A stretch of DNA of 63,844 bases, the filler included, from Collodictyon triciliatum (lineage: Eukaryota), in NCBI GenBank assembly GCA_043381765.1. It is 4 parts of 4 records of this genome, joined end to end, with 100 filler letters (N's around TTAATTAATTAA, not from the genome) between each part and the next. Parts side by side here need not be neighbours in the genome. Positions count along the whole stretch, not along the records: positions 31,999 to 47,879 come from JBHJMP010001629.1; positions 47,980 to 63,844 come from JBHJMP010001630.1; 2 more parts are not named here. One strand, written 5' to 3'. A program made the translations under genes and the position numbers. Below the pieces are notes generated by a model that did not search any database, was not told the DNA's origin, and saw only the letters and a list, made by a program, of their open reading frames with translations. Of this stretch, positions 38,180 through 51,058 are shown piece after piece; position 1 is the stretch's first letter, and the number at the start of each line of letters is the position of its first letter.

Positions 38180-41100
38180 TCAATTATAAGCAGCATCTAC
38201 AACAGATGAGTCCCGCGCGTTGATCTTTTTGCGCGGCTTCACCTTCGGCTTCAGTTTTGTTTGCGTCTGGGGTGCAAAAGTAGGGTGTTGGGATGACGGA
38301 AGCGGACTCTGGTTTCCGTTGTGGTGTGAATTGAAGGTCGGGCTCGGATTATTGGATGGGATTGGCGGAATCAGTGGGATGGACGGAACCAGTGAGGAAT
38401 TCAGTGGCGGTGCGTTAATGCTGAGTTGTGGGAGAAGAAAAGGCGTGTGTGTGTTTGGCACGGATGCATCTGATTTTTGCGAGTTGCCGATGCTTTGGTT
38501 GAACGAGCTGGTTGGGTTGAAGCTGGTGGACAGACTTGACGGAAGCGGAATACTCGCAGCGGCATCGCCAATGGGAGGAAGCTTCCGGCTCATAGCACCT
38601 AGGTTAGTTCATTGCGTGGCGAAAAAAAATAATAATGATAAGATTGATTGGATGATCATTGGCGACGTATATATCATGGCTTTATGTGTCTGACTTCTTT
38701 TTCTCTTTCAGGTTTTTTTAAGAAAATTTGTTTTACAGTCTACTAATTTCACCAAAGTATGTATAAAGTAAACAATCATAAATGTTGTTCGATGACACCA
38801 TAGGTGACTATTATAATTTTTTTCATGTTTCTTTCCATGCTTGTTCCTATTTTCATGAATAAAAAAAAAATATGGATACTTATTCCATCGGCATCCTCTT
38901 GTGATGAGTCGAAGGCTTTTGCCCTTACGATAGTAGGAAACGCCTGATATAAACAAAACCTCAGAAGCGCCTTGTTTTCTATTAGAGTAGAGCATGTACC
39001 GGGGGCAGTATGCCTTGAAATGAACCNNNNNNNNNNNNNNNNNNNNNNNNNNNNNNNNNNNNNNNNNNNNNNNNNNNNNNNNNNNNNNNNNNNNNNNNNN
39101 NNNNNNNNNNNNNNNNNNNNNNNNNNNNNNNNNNNNNNNNNNNNNNNNNNNNNNNNNNNNNNNNNNNNNNNNNNNNNNNNNNNNNNNNNNNNNNNNNNNN
39201 NNNNNNNNNNNNNNNNNNNNNNNNNNNNNNNNNNNNNNNNNNNNNNNNNNNNNNNNNNNNNNNNNNNNNNNNNNNNNNNNNNNNNNNNNNNNNNNNNNNN
39301 NNNNNNNNNNNNNNNNNNNNNNNNNNNNNNNNNNNNNNNNNNNNNNNNNNNNNNNNNNNNNNNNNNNNNNNNNNNNNNNNNNNNNNNNNNNNNNNNNNNN
39401 NNNNNNNNNNNNNNNNNNNNNNNNNNNNNNNNNNNNNNNNNNNNNNNNCGGAAATTTCTCGCCCTGTATTAGTATTAAATGACAGTTAATTGAAGGGAAT
39501 TTATTGCCATTTCAAAAAAAAAAAAGGTAACTAAAAAGTTATGTTAATATTTGTACATTATCCTCCAGCATTTTCTTTGGTCCTTTTCCGATTTTTGATT
39601 GGTTGGCTGTGACATTCAAATCGAATTCACTGTGTCCCGGTTGTGGTGAGGGACTTGATGAAGTATGCGGCTTGTGCTAGCGGGAAATAATGAGTTGGGT
39701 CAAGGGAAGTAAGCAAACTCTTTTGTATGTATGAAAGATGGTAGATGGTTTTTGAAAGAAAATTAGAAGAAAANNNNNNNNNNNNNNNNNNNNNNNNNNN
39801 NNNNNNNNNNNNNNNNNNNNNNNNNNNNNNNNNNNNNNNNNNNNNNNNNNNNNNNNNNNNNNNNNNNNNNNNNNNNNNNNNNNNNNNNNNNNNNNNNNNN
39901 NNNNNNNNNNNNNNNNNNNNNNNNNNNNNNNNNNNNNNNNNNNNNNNNNNNNNNNNNNNNNNNNNNNNNNNNNNNNNNNNNNNNNNNNNNNNNNNNNNNN
40001 NNNNNNNNNNNNNNNNNNNNNNNNNNNNNNNNNNNNNNNNNNNNNNNNNNNNNNNNNNNNNNNNNNNNNNNNNNNNNNNNNNNNNNNNNNNNNNNNNNNN
40101 NNNNNNNNNNNNNNNNNNNNNNNNNNNNNNNNNNNNNNNNNNNNNNNNNNNNNNNNNNNNNNNNNNNNNNNNNNNNNNNNNNNNNNNNNNNNNNNNNNNN
40201 NNNNNNNNNNNNNNNNNNNNNNNNNNNNNNNNNNNNNNNNNNNNNNNNNNNNNNNNNNNNNNNNNNNNNNNNNNNNNNNNNNNNNNNNNNNNNNNNNNNN
40301 NNNNNNNNNNNNNNNNNNNNNNNNNNNNNNNNNNNNNNNNNNNNNNNNNNNNNNNNNNNNNNNNNNNNNNNNNNNNNNNNNNNNNNNNNNNNNNNNNNNN
40401 NCAACCAATGCCCCATATATCCATTTTATATGAATAGTATCCGTCTGTGAGAAGACACTCTGGCGCGCGGTACCTTTGGTGTATATGCGCTCAGTGAAAG
40501 TACTTTACAAGGATGAACCATGTGTATTTTTACTCTTGAATGCAGCCGAAAAATGATGTGAAAGAAGGTGATTACATTACTCAACAGGTGAATGATGCAT
40601 TGGTTGGAGGAATGAATATTCATATGTCTTCTTTTCTTTCTTTTTTGATTCAATTTTGTTTTCTAATCCACGGGAACACACACCATCTTGTCGAGATATA
40701 CTCTGTGTAAGGTTGCTTGGAATATATCCCACGGCAGGAACCAAAGTCAGCCAGCTTCACCTTGTCTTCCTTGATGAGAATGTTTTCTGGCTTAATGTCC
40801 CTATGGAATATTCCATTTCGGTGCATATGGTCGATGCCTTTCATAATTTGGTGCATTATACTGGTCACCTGTTTGAAGATAGTTTCCTTACATCTCACAC
40901 CGATTTTAAAAGAATAAAAATTATCATACATTTGTTCTGTTGCGAATCATTTTACACTGGGAAAAAAATCCGTCCATTTACCTTTTTTTCAGGTAGAAAT
41001 TGTTTGCGTCCTTTGATGAGTTCATACAAATTCATGTCCATCAACTCGAACACAAGAAAGAGTTTTCCATAAGACTTTTCGCTACAGAAGAAAAATATAA

Positions 41101-41882
41101 ATATTCATTCTCATTTACCACTAAGCAGCATATTATTCGATTGGACAAGAAAACATAGATGGTTTGAGACAGTTACAGAGATTGTGTATTGAAAATAAGA
41201 TTCATGCTATATAGGATACAGCGAGATAAAAGTATGAAAGTAAATCAGAGTATCTACGCACAAGATAAATTCATTTAGTTTGATGATTTGTGGGTGCGGA
41301 CTTAATCTTCTTAGTGCTTGAATCTCACGAAGGCTATTCACCTGTAGTATATTTTTTTATCAGAAAATATTATTGCAGATATAATTCAATCTATCATTAC
41401 ACAAATAAACTGTCCTTGTTGTTTAAGAAATGAAGCGAAAACAAAAAAGAAAAAAAAACAAAAGGGCGTGGTGAAAAATCCAAAGCCTACCTGATCTACA
41501 TTCTCAAACTTGTTCTTTAGCTTCTTAATTGCTACCAAATCTCCACCACGCAAAGATTGTGCCTTAAGTACCTCAGCAAAAGTGCCTTCGCCTTTCTTCG
41601 ACATGAGTTTGTATTCTAAACGAATCCAATCAATTTCGCAATATGAGTATTCGGTCTGGTTCTCGTATTATCGGCTCAGCGGAATGAAAACGAAAAAGGC
41701 TTGGACTGAAAACTCGCATGAACAAAATCAGGAAAAAATACTGTAACAATTGAAGAGTTTATTTTATTTTATTTCTTGATTATATATATATTTCGAAATG
41801 ACTCCAAAAAGGTGGAATAAAATACATGATTCATACTTTGCAGAAGCACGGCCGGTATTCCATTATCTCCTGAGCTTGCCAT
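38180..41882 (-). CDS. MOK: MOK/RAGE (LF4-like) CMGC protein kinase, interrupted by two N gaps
   Basis: [94 protein letters not shown]; Pro/Ser-rich tail at 38180-38593. Confidence 0.9.
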
Positions 41883-42538
41883 TCACAAGGCAGACGCCTG
41901 TCTGCGGTCTTTCAAAAAAAAAAAAACGTTACAGTAAGCATTTTTTATAGCAGTTCAGAAAAGAAAAGAAAAAGCATCTCAAATAAACCAACAAGCGATC
42001 CACCATAGTTTCGCAACATAAAAAAAAAAAGAAGAAAAGAAGAAAAAAAGGGAACACAAAAGAAAGAAAACGTCAAAAGGAGAAAAAAAAAGTTCCTTAT
42101 CGACGCGAGCTGAGGCGTTTGCACTGACTGCATTCCTGAGGTGATTGGAAAAAGGAGAGTTTCTTCGCCCCAGCTGCCGATAATTACTTTGGTCTTAGCA
42201 CACAACAAAGCTTTGCTCTTCGGCGCCCGCCTTCGTGTTGCGATGTCAGCTTTTGCGCTCTTAGCAGATTCAAAAAAAAAGTAAAAAGGGAAGTGATGTC
42301 TTTTTCGGCAATATTTCCAGAAATGTGTTCCGTTCATCCGCTGAAAGTCTATATGTGGAATATACTTTTTTGCTCACCGAGTCTCCCTCGCTCTTCGCTG
42401 CTACCATACTTTTTGGCGCAGCCGCCCATTTGTCTGAGATTAAATTTATTGCCCGCGAGCGCCATATTCCTCTTTTTCTGTGTGCATCCTTTCGGTGCCT
42501 GGCATTGTAGATACGGCTTCATCGGCCACTCCGTCTTT

Positions 42539-45306
42539 TTATTTTTTGGCAGCTTTCTTTGGCTTCGCAATCTTGGAGTCAACACCGTCGCCTGCGTCAT
42601 CCTTTTCTGCGTCCTTTGTGGACGATTTGGTAGGCAGTTTGGTGGCCTCCTTCTTTGCTGCCTTGGCTGGTTCTGCTGGAGTCGATGTTTCGTTTTGCGG
42701 AGCCTTCACATTCTCCTGGGGTTGAGTCTTGGCTGGTGATTGCGCGGGTTTGGTGGCCTCCTTCTTTGCTGCCTTGGCTGGCTTTGCTGGAGTCGATGTT
42801 TTGTTTTGTGGGGCTGTCACATTCTCCTGGGGTTGAGTCTTGGCTGGCTCTGCTGGAGTCGATGTTTCGTTTTGTGAAGCCTTCACATTTGCCTTGGGTT
42901 GGGTCTTGGCTGGTGATTGCGCGGGTTTGGCGACCCTTTTCTTCGCTGCCTTGGCTGGCTTTGCTGGAGTCGATGTTTCGTTTTGCGGAGCTGTCACATC
43001 CTCTTGGGGCTGAGTCTTGGCTGACTCTGCAGTAGTCGATGTTTCATCGTGTGGAGCCTTCACATCCTGGGGTTGATCATTTGCTGGTGGAGACTTTTGT
43101 GTAGTTTCGTCATTCGAAGATGTCGCTTCTACCTTAGACGTATCCTCAGTGCTCTTCGGCTTATTTGAGTTATTTCGCTTTTTCTGCCTCCTCTGATTAT
43201 TCTGATTTTTCTGCTTCAGTTCGACAGTAGTTATTCCATCGGGATTGAATTCAACACTTTCCATTCCTTCCTTTGCCTCGTCTGGTTGATTGGGTTGGGT
43301 GGCCGGTGTTGGTTTCTCTTTTCTATTTCCTTTCTTTGCATTTTTCGATCGTTTGGATTGGGTAGCGGGGTTGGCTTCGTTAGGGGTTTCTGCAGCTTTC
43401 CTTATCTTTTTAGCAGGGTTCGCCGATTGGGACTCGTTTGATTGAGAGGTTTCCTTTGAGTCAGGCACGCTACTTGGATCTACAGTCACTGGAGTTAAGT
43501 CTTTTACCTTGCGTTTCTTCATGTTTTCCCTTCGTGAAAGTAGGGCCATCCTTTTAATGGCTCCTGGCGTCAGGATGGGCAACTGGGTGAATATATCGTC
43601 AACAACTAGAAGTGTCATGCTTCAATCATGCAAAGGATGACTTTGTTTAAAGGATCTGTTTTTCAAGTTCATGGCTTACCCAGGTATTTATCTCCATCGT
43701 CGGTGCTGAGGTGTAAATTGGAAGCTCGGGTGAACCATGTATCCTGATAGATAGTGTCTAATACGGTCGTAGAGAAGTGATCTTCAGTATTTCATACAAA
43801 CAAAAACAATGGGAAAAAAGAAAAAGAAAAAAAGGGTCAAAAATGACAAAGTTTTTGACATTTGATAGATACCTGGACGTTTGCCAATCCATAGACCAAT
43901 CGAGTGCTCATATAATCCATAATCGATTTTATGTTTTCATAAACTTGGTCACCTTCAGTGATTGACAGATTTAATAATTTTGACAAAAAAAAATATCCGC
44001 GAGAAAGATTGTTTGGTTGGTAGATGTCTTGATCGATTTCAAACCCGTGTTATAAAAACTACAGACCAGAAAATGATGATTTCCCGATGATGACAGATCT
44101 TTAAGGTGAAGTACAAAAAAACAAAATTATATTTTTTTAAAAACTCATGCACAAACGCCCAGTGCAAACACATCCCTGAATTCATGTTACTTCCACAACG
44201 TTTTGATCAACATAAATATAAAATACTCTACTCACGAGGAAGCTCCAATGGGTATTAAGTAACTTGTCGTCCGGAGTCCACGTTTAATACCTTTAACAAC
44301 CCGGTTCTTGCGATCCATTTTGACTGGGGTAGGGAACTTGGCACTAGTGTTCGTCGAACATTTGAATAAATATTGCATATTCTAGATGAATGTATATGTT
44401 GTTTGAAGGGGAAATGTGAAGCCTGGAGACACTTTGCAGGGATACGAAAAAAAAATGAAATTCACCTCGATCTCCTAAAGAATGTTTTTCCTAATAGTGA
44501 CGGTATCACTGGAACAATTCTATCGTCCACAAGGAAACGTTTGAACGCTTTGTGTAGGGTGCGTCTATCCTCATATCCCTTGTATGTCTTCTTCAACTCA
44601 GAGATCCCAATAATCTTTTGAAATGATGTGATGTATTTTGGAGAAAATAGTATACAAGTGTATATATTAATGCTTATGGTCCTAGGATATTGGAAGGCTT
44701 TCAAAACTGAACGTGCTATACGTCTGGCTTTTTCTCGGCCAGTAGGGCTAATTCATATATAAGATGAAAAATGGTTAGGGTAATCGCCGTTCGGTAGCGG
44801 AATATACCTTGTTGATTTGAGTCAGACCGAGATCCGGAAGCAGTTTGCGATAGTAATCTTGTGGATTGCGCACAAGCAGACATATTTCATCATCGTCCGA
44901 GGTGAACGAGTGAGGTAGTTGGCTATTTTCAAAAGAGGACATTAGAATGACAGCAATTGGACAAAGCAAATATTAACAAAGGATATACGAGAAAAAATCT
45001 ATAGTATATATATAAATATATGTATTTAAGGAATGAGCTTTAGGAAAGGAATTAACGGATGAAGTCCTTTTTTTTTAATTTTTAAATCATTTTCGAAATG
45101 ATGCATAGCCTTAAACTAACATAAAATATCTCTTGCTCTGGTTTGGCACTTTCTTGAGGCAGACCGTCAAGTATAAAAAATCTTCTGACTCAAAAAGCTC
45201 GTTCTGCTTTGTGCTCTTTTTCGAATCTTCCACCAGTTTCTTGATGGCCGCAACAGCCTTGATCACCTGAGGAATCAAGCACACAATAATAGTAATAATA
45301 ATAATA

Positions 45307-45380
<74 letters not shown>

Positions 45381-45556
45381 TCAAAGAGAAAATATTAAAA
45401 AAAAAAAAGCACACTGTCAATGATACAGGGCTGCATATAAACCAAAGGAGGGCTTTGGAAGGACAGTCAAAGGCCACATGGAAGAGGAGATTCCAGAAGG
45501 TGACGAGACGGAGAAGAGAGGAGGCGCGTAGTTACCTGCTCTCGGTCAAGCTCCAT
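42539..45556 (-). CDS. RSL1D1: Ribosomal L1 domain-containing nucleolar protein (RSL1D1/Utp30/Cic1-like) with a long repetitive tail
   Basis: MELDREQVIKAVAA, IQLPHSF, EICLLVRNP, KIIGISELKKTYKGYEDRRTL, FLVDDRIVPVIPSLLGKTFF, KFPTPV, QVYENI and ELPIY. The last intron splices in phase into the 42539-43618 ORF. Confidence 0.88.
42640..43080 (-). repeat. Coding tandem repeat (AKTQPQENVxAPQNETSTPAxP, with or without AKAAKKEATKPAQSP) in the RSL1D1 tail
   Basis: Five copies of the 60-nt core containing gtcgatgttt, interleaved with a second module. Confidence 0.88.
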
Positions 45557-46036
45557 CCGACTCAAAACCTGTGCTGCTGAAGAGGTGTTATGGAAGGCAC
45601 AAAGACCACTCGAACAAACCCGTCTGCCGCTTTCTCGGTTACTTTCTCAGTTACTTTCTCAGTCACATGTTTACTCACATCATTGCTTGCTATGAGGTGC
45701 GCTCAACATCCAGTGCTGTGCGATTGTGATTGAAAAGAAAAGAAGACCACAATCTGTCTATATGTGGAATTTATATGCTGGTACCCTTAACATTAGTAAA
45801 TGATGCGCATTAGCGACTTAAAAAGTATAAGAATCATATATAATTACAAATATTCAATATTCATGTTAGGTTGTATAAAATACAGAGTTCTCTTTTTGTG
45901 TCTTTGAAAATTCGCACCCAAATGGCGACCGAGTATGTTTTCGTGCGCTTATTTTTCATGTATTATTTTCATTTTGATTTCTTTTCGTCGCCTTTGTTTA
46001 TGGTCTGTCGTAGCCCATCGCAACATATCCACGCGC

Positions 46037-47640
46037 TTAGTAAACCAGATGGAACTTGGACTGGCGGTCATAAACCCATTGAATCACGCCCTTGGAGTCC
46101 ACAATCACATCTTCTTCCTGGCGGAAAACAACATCGGCGTTCCCCCATTCTGATGAAACCAAGAAAACAGGGTATCAAAAATTAAAAATCTGGTTTGTAG
46201 TTGCAAAGAAACAGGTCATTTGTAATTATTTATTTTATTGACCAGTATAAATAGTATAAATCTCATAAGCAAACACCTCTGTATTAAAAAAACAAACAAA
46301 AAAAAACAGGCTATGCACGTATATATTTATAGCGCTGTGGCCTTGCTAATCCTAAGAGACCAACTCACCAGGCACACTTTTTGTGGCACTCAGCTCGATG
46401 GAATACCACATATCTGTACGCATCTTGACATCTCCACGATCGGGCACTCCTCCCTAGAGAAAACATCGAATATTCATCAAAAATGTTTTCTCACAGCAGC
46501 CACTGGTTTTCGAAAACGTCATGCATTTGCTTTTTTAACTTCAACTTCTTTTATTTTTAATCAGCGGACAAAATGTTCTTGGTAACATAAAGGTACGGCA
46601 CGCTCGCTGATTGCATATAGGAGACGAATGATAGTGAAGTTTTATACCTGCATGTCAAAGAGACCGATGATGGCGCCAGAACCGTGGCCCTGGTCGCCGA
46701 TTGGGTGGGAGTATATGAGTCCCGTAATGTTTTCTCGTTTCATAGCACTCAAAGTGTTGGAAAGGATTTGGTTTCCGGTAAGACCAACAATCTGATTAAA
46801 TATCTGACTTACTATCGAGACACATGGAATGACAAAAGAAGGAAAAAATAAAACAAAGAGCCGACATAATTCTCGTACCATGTTTTGGATGAGGATATCT
46901 TGCATTCTGTTGCTGGTCTTGAGACCTTCTTGAAGACCCTTTGGTGGCTCAGTTTCACCAGCTCGCAGCACGTATCCAAGATGTTGTGTGTCTGTTGCAA
47001 GTCCCATGTACACAATTCCAACATCACACCTGAAATGCAAGTTAAGGAAAACGAAAATCACGGTTCATAAAGTAATATAATTTATTTTATTTTTTTTACG
47101 TTGGACTGTAAAAAAGAAATGATTCGTATGTGCCAATTTGATTCAAATAAAGGTACCATAGCATATCCCCGCGCTGAATAACATTAGCATCAACACCATC
47201 AACAGTGCTAGAAGGACTCCTCACGGCTTCAACACTTGGTTGGAACCAGGTAGTTAATCCCAATCCCTTATGATGGAGATACATCGGACAAATAAATATT
47301 TCCATAAATCTTATACATGTAGGTCTGATTATCTACAGATTTGTATTCATGATATAAGATGGTGGATTATACTACCTGAATATAATCACGGAACCACCAC
47401 ACGACGTCATCGGTGGTTGTCACTCCAGGGACAATAGTTTGGGCAGAGAAGCTGGTGATATATATATATATTGGTGAATATGCTTCTCCTTAAACATTCT
47501 CTTTATTCAGAAAAACATTAACATTCTAATTCGCTTCATCATTAATGGGATAGAGTTTGTGCTCACGCGGTGGATATCATTTGGTGCACAATTGCCATAA
47601 TTTGTTGGTATCGGGGAATCATCGAAGGGACTCGTGTTGC
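46037..47640 (-). CDS. M24-family (Xaa-Pro aminopeptidase-like) metallopeptidase, 5' part cut off by the scaffold end
   Basis: IVPGVTTTDDVVWWFR, WFQPSV, IQRGDMLWCDVGIVYMGLATDTQHLGYVL, YSHPIGDQGHGSG, WYSIELS and FRQEEDV; the D, D, H, E, E metal ligands are present. Confidence 0.88.
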
Positions 47641-47781
47641 CTTGAATAAGAATAAATGTATGACTGACTTAAAACATCTGATTTCGATTTAAATGAATAT
47701 TAATGAAATCTAAGATGACTATTCGATGATTCATCATTTCTGAATATTTTTTGTAAGTGTTACAGCAGAGTGGTTTCTTTT

Positions 47782-47879
<98 letters not shown>

Positions 47880-47979
47880 NNNNNNNNNNNNNNNNNNNNN
47901 NNNNNNNNNNNNNNNNNNNNNNNTTAATTAATTAANNNNNNNNNNNNNNNNNNNNNNNNNNNNNNNNNNNNNNNNNNNN
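47880..47979. other. Artificial scaffold spacer
   Basis: N44-TTAATTAATTAA-N44, flanked by (AAT)n and (TGTTTCTT)n. Confidence 0.95.
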
Positions 47980-48099
47980 TGTTTCTTTGTTTCTTTGTTT
48001 CTTTGTTTCTTTGTTTCTTTGTTTCTTTGTTTCTTTGTTTCTTTGTTTCTTTGTTTCTTTGTTTCTTTGTTTCTTTGTGTGAGATTTCTTTGCGAAACA

Positions 48100-49194
48100 G
48101 CCCAAGTGATAGAATGTTATCTGGTTAGACTTCCTGCTCTTGTGTGTTGCGCGTGACGATTCACGGCGTCGTTTGCGACAGAAAGAGTGGAGAACCTTGG
48201 AATCAACAACGCGATCGATGCTTATCCGAGTATTTCTGATATGATCAACTTGAGTGTGGTCTATAAAATCCAGATTAAGAGACTTTTTGTGGAATATATA
48301 TTCAATTTCTTACGAAATGTTGTGGTTGGCAGTGCTCCGGTGTCTGAACCAAAGTCATGGCGAAATTGACTCAATTAAGAGGAAATCACGTGTTGGAATC
48401 CATTCGTATATCCTGCTTAATTTTAAACCCTCATTGAAGTACATTGGCACCACATTCACGCGAATTGAAGAAAAGATTTATGAATTATATCATTTTATGC
48501 AGTGATTATATATCCTGGTTATCGGGCTTTAAAGCGACGAAATCATTCTAAACCTTCGCTCTTTACTCCTTTCTGGACTCGACAAATAGATGTACGAACA
48601 AAATCTGAATTGGTGGAACCCTGTAAACATGTTTGAGTCCTTCGAGGTATTCTATGGCGCTGTCCTCTGCTATCCTCATATTCGGTGACATGAATTAGTG
48701 TTTATGAGAACTAATCAGAAAGAACATGTGAGCACAAGCCCGGTGAATCTTGTGACGTGCCTGTCTAGTCTTGCCCGCTACACATCACCCCACTTGTTTA
48801 CTGTCGAGGTTGTTGACATGAAAAATAATAGACAACTGGGTATGGCAACTCTAGTTGCTCTATCACTAATAAAGAATTCTAGAGAGGAAAAAGCACCACA
48901 CCACGAAAGAAAAGCGAAGACGCGCTGTGTGAGTTGATGAAGACCAAATATTCCAGATATGAATATTTTCTACGAAAGCCACATGTGGCGAGCACCAAAC
49001 GCAGAAGAAAGAAAGGAAACACCAGGCGAAGGACGTCATTCCATTCGCACGGGCAATAATGGATCGCACAAACACACAAACAAGATACACACACTACGCA
49101 GCAAAGGAAAAGAAACCCGCGCAGCACACAGACAAAGCGGGCCGCCACAGACTTGATCACGCACCCAGACATACATATACGCCGCACGATCATG
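48100..49194 (-). CDS. Possible small multi-exon gene of unknown function, divergent from the 49383 gene
   Basis: Several AG/GT-bounded open segments (KIFISGIFGLHQLTQR; DSAIEYLEGLKHVYRVPPIQIL; QFRHDFGSDTGALPTTTF). No full model was resolved and no family recognised. Confidence 0.25.
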
Positions 49195-49382
49195 CTAAAT
49201 GATACTGCCAGAGAGAGAGGGAGAGTGAGGGAGAGAAAGAGAGAGCAGCAGTTATTGACTGCCAAGACCAACGAGCCAGAGTAGGCGAAAGAATCAAAGA
49301 ATCAAAGAATCAAAGAATCAAAGCCAAAGCCAAAGCCAAAGCCACAGCCACTGACCGCAAACGGGCGCAGTGGGACACAGAG

Positions 49383-50220
49383 ATGAGCAACCTGTCGCTG
49401 GAGGCGGAGGTGGGGCTGGGGGCGAGGGCGTACTGGGAGCTGCTGCAGCAGAAGGAGTTTGACGCGTTCCAGGCGGAGCAGCTGGGCAACCTGTCCAAGG
49501 TGGAGGAGCTCGGGGCGGAGGAGCTGCGGCGCGAGGAGCTGTTCGAGGACGCGCAGGTGGCGCAGAGCTGGTCGGACTGGTGGTACGGGGCGCAGCCGAC
49601 CGTGGAGCGCAGGCGCCTGCCCAACACCGAGGACGTCGTCAACGAGCGCGTGCCCCGCCGCACCGTCAAGCTGCATCTCAACATCGTCCTCCCCGCCACG
49701 CTCGTCTCCCTCGCCGGCATCGAGACCTTCTGGTTCGACGAGGTCCGCACCTACTTCCACCACAGCCGCGGCTCCGCTGCCCCGCCCGAGCTCCACCACG
49801 TCGACGACCCCGTCCTCCAGGAGATCCTTGCCCGCGTCCACCAGCACCCGGAGTACTTTGAGGTCTGTCTCTCGGTCTCTCTGTCTGTCTCGGTCTCTGT
49901 TTCTGGAAGGTGGCGAGCTGCCCTGTCCGTTTCTGGAGTGTCTCCTCCTCTCTTCCTCTCTCTCATGCCGCTTCCGTCCTCCGCAGGTGCGCTACACCAC
50001 CCTCCTGCCCGTCCCCGAGTCCTTCGGCACGATCAGCGGCAGCCTCTTTGTCATCCCGATCGACGAGACCAAGTGTCTCCAGCTCACCTATGTCAACTGC
50101 GTCCTCGGCGTCCCCGGCATCGGCCCCCTCGTCACGCAGCTCCTGACCTACGAGCTCGGTCGCGTCTACTCGGATATCCCCGAAGTTGTACAGAAGTGGA
50201 AGGCTCGTCAAGCGCAGTAG
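49383..50220 (+). CDS. DUF2505-like START/SRPBCC-fold protein; exons 49383-49862 and 49987-50220, about 237 aa
   Basis: Strong GC3 bias and one phase-0 GT-AG intron. N-terminal AYWELLQQKEFDAF and C-terminal ISGSLFVIPIDETKCLQLTYVNCVLGVPGIGPLVTQLLTYELGRVYSDIP resemble helix-grip DUF2505 proteins. Confidence 0.55.
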
Positions 50221-51058
50221 TCTCGTCTGTCCTTTCCCATAGCAACCAGCCTCTATTTATCTTTATCTTTTCGCTTTTTTCGCTTTTTTCTTACATTCTT
50301 CTTCAATTTTTCTCATTCAGCGTGTAATCAATGCAATGCAATGCTTATTGTTGATGTCTGCCTTCTTCTTCTTCTATGCAGCCCGCGGACTCATTTTCCT
50401 TTGGTCTTGGATGGTTGGTAGAACTCCTTGGCACTATGCGTAGCACCCTCCTCTGCTGCCTGCCGGTGGGAGTTGTCATGCACACCACCCAGACGCGCAG
50501 ATACCACCAACAACAACCATCCTCTTTCTTTTTCTTCTTCTCTCCCATTTTCTCGAGCGCTACATCACCTACCTGATTATCCGTAACAAGACTCGCGACA
50601 CTTTACTTTATACAAACCCCGTCTATACCCTTTCAGCATTTTTTTTTTCCCTTCTTCTCTCTTCCCTTTCCAAACGTCCCCTTCCGAAAAATAACTCGAA
50701 ATAAATCTTGTCACTTTTTCCACACAAAAGAGCAAGTACGAAGAAAGATGAAAAAAGGGCATTGAACCGCCTTCTCGGCAAATATCTGGAAGATACTCCT
50801 CACCCACCATACACGCTTGAAAATGTCGGTGGAGCCAGTGCCACGGGAAGTGCGGACCTCACGTAAAGAAACAACCAGAAGCTGGGCGCTGTTTGGCGAA
50901 AGAAAAAAAAACAATATGAAAAGGCAAGAGCAAAGCATGTAATCAAAAGAGCCCGTCAAACTGATATCGTACCGCATCGCCACACAGCCAATAGCCTTCC
51001 CTTCGCGAGTTCGCGGCAGAAAGCAAGCCTCTGGCAAAGGCAGGGTGGCTGCGCAGAT

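Noticed and set aside
41617..41836. Apparent non-canonical first intron in MOK
   Set aside because: Using the ATG at 41882 gives a normal phase-1 GT-AG intron.
42349..42541. Possible TAA readthrough or ciliate-type code after the RSL1D1 stop
   Set aside because: APRT and M24 end at TAA at the expected positions, and no conserved exon I traced needs a reassigned stop.
19129..50220. Two START-fold genes plus receiver and cyclase as one signalling cluster
   Set aside because: They lie on different, artificially joined scaffolds; only the SRPBCC and pseudo-receiver genes are true neighbours, with no sign of functional linkage.
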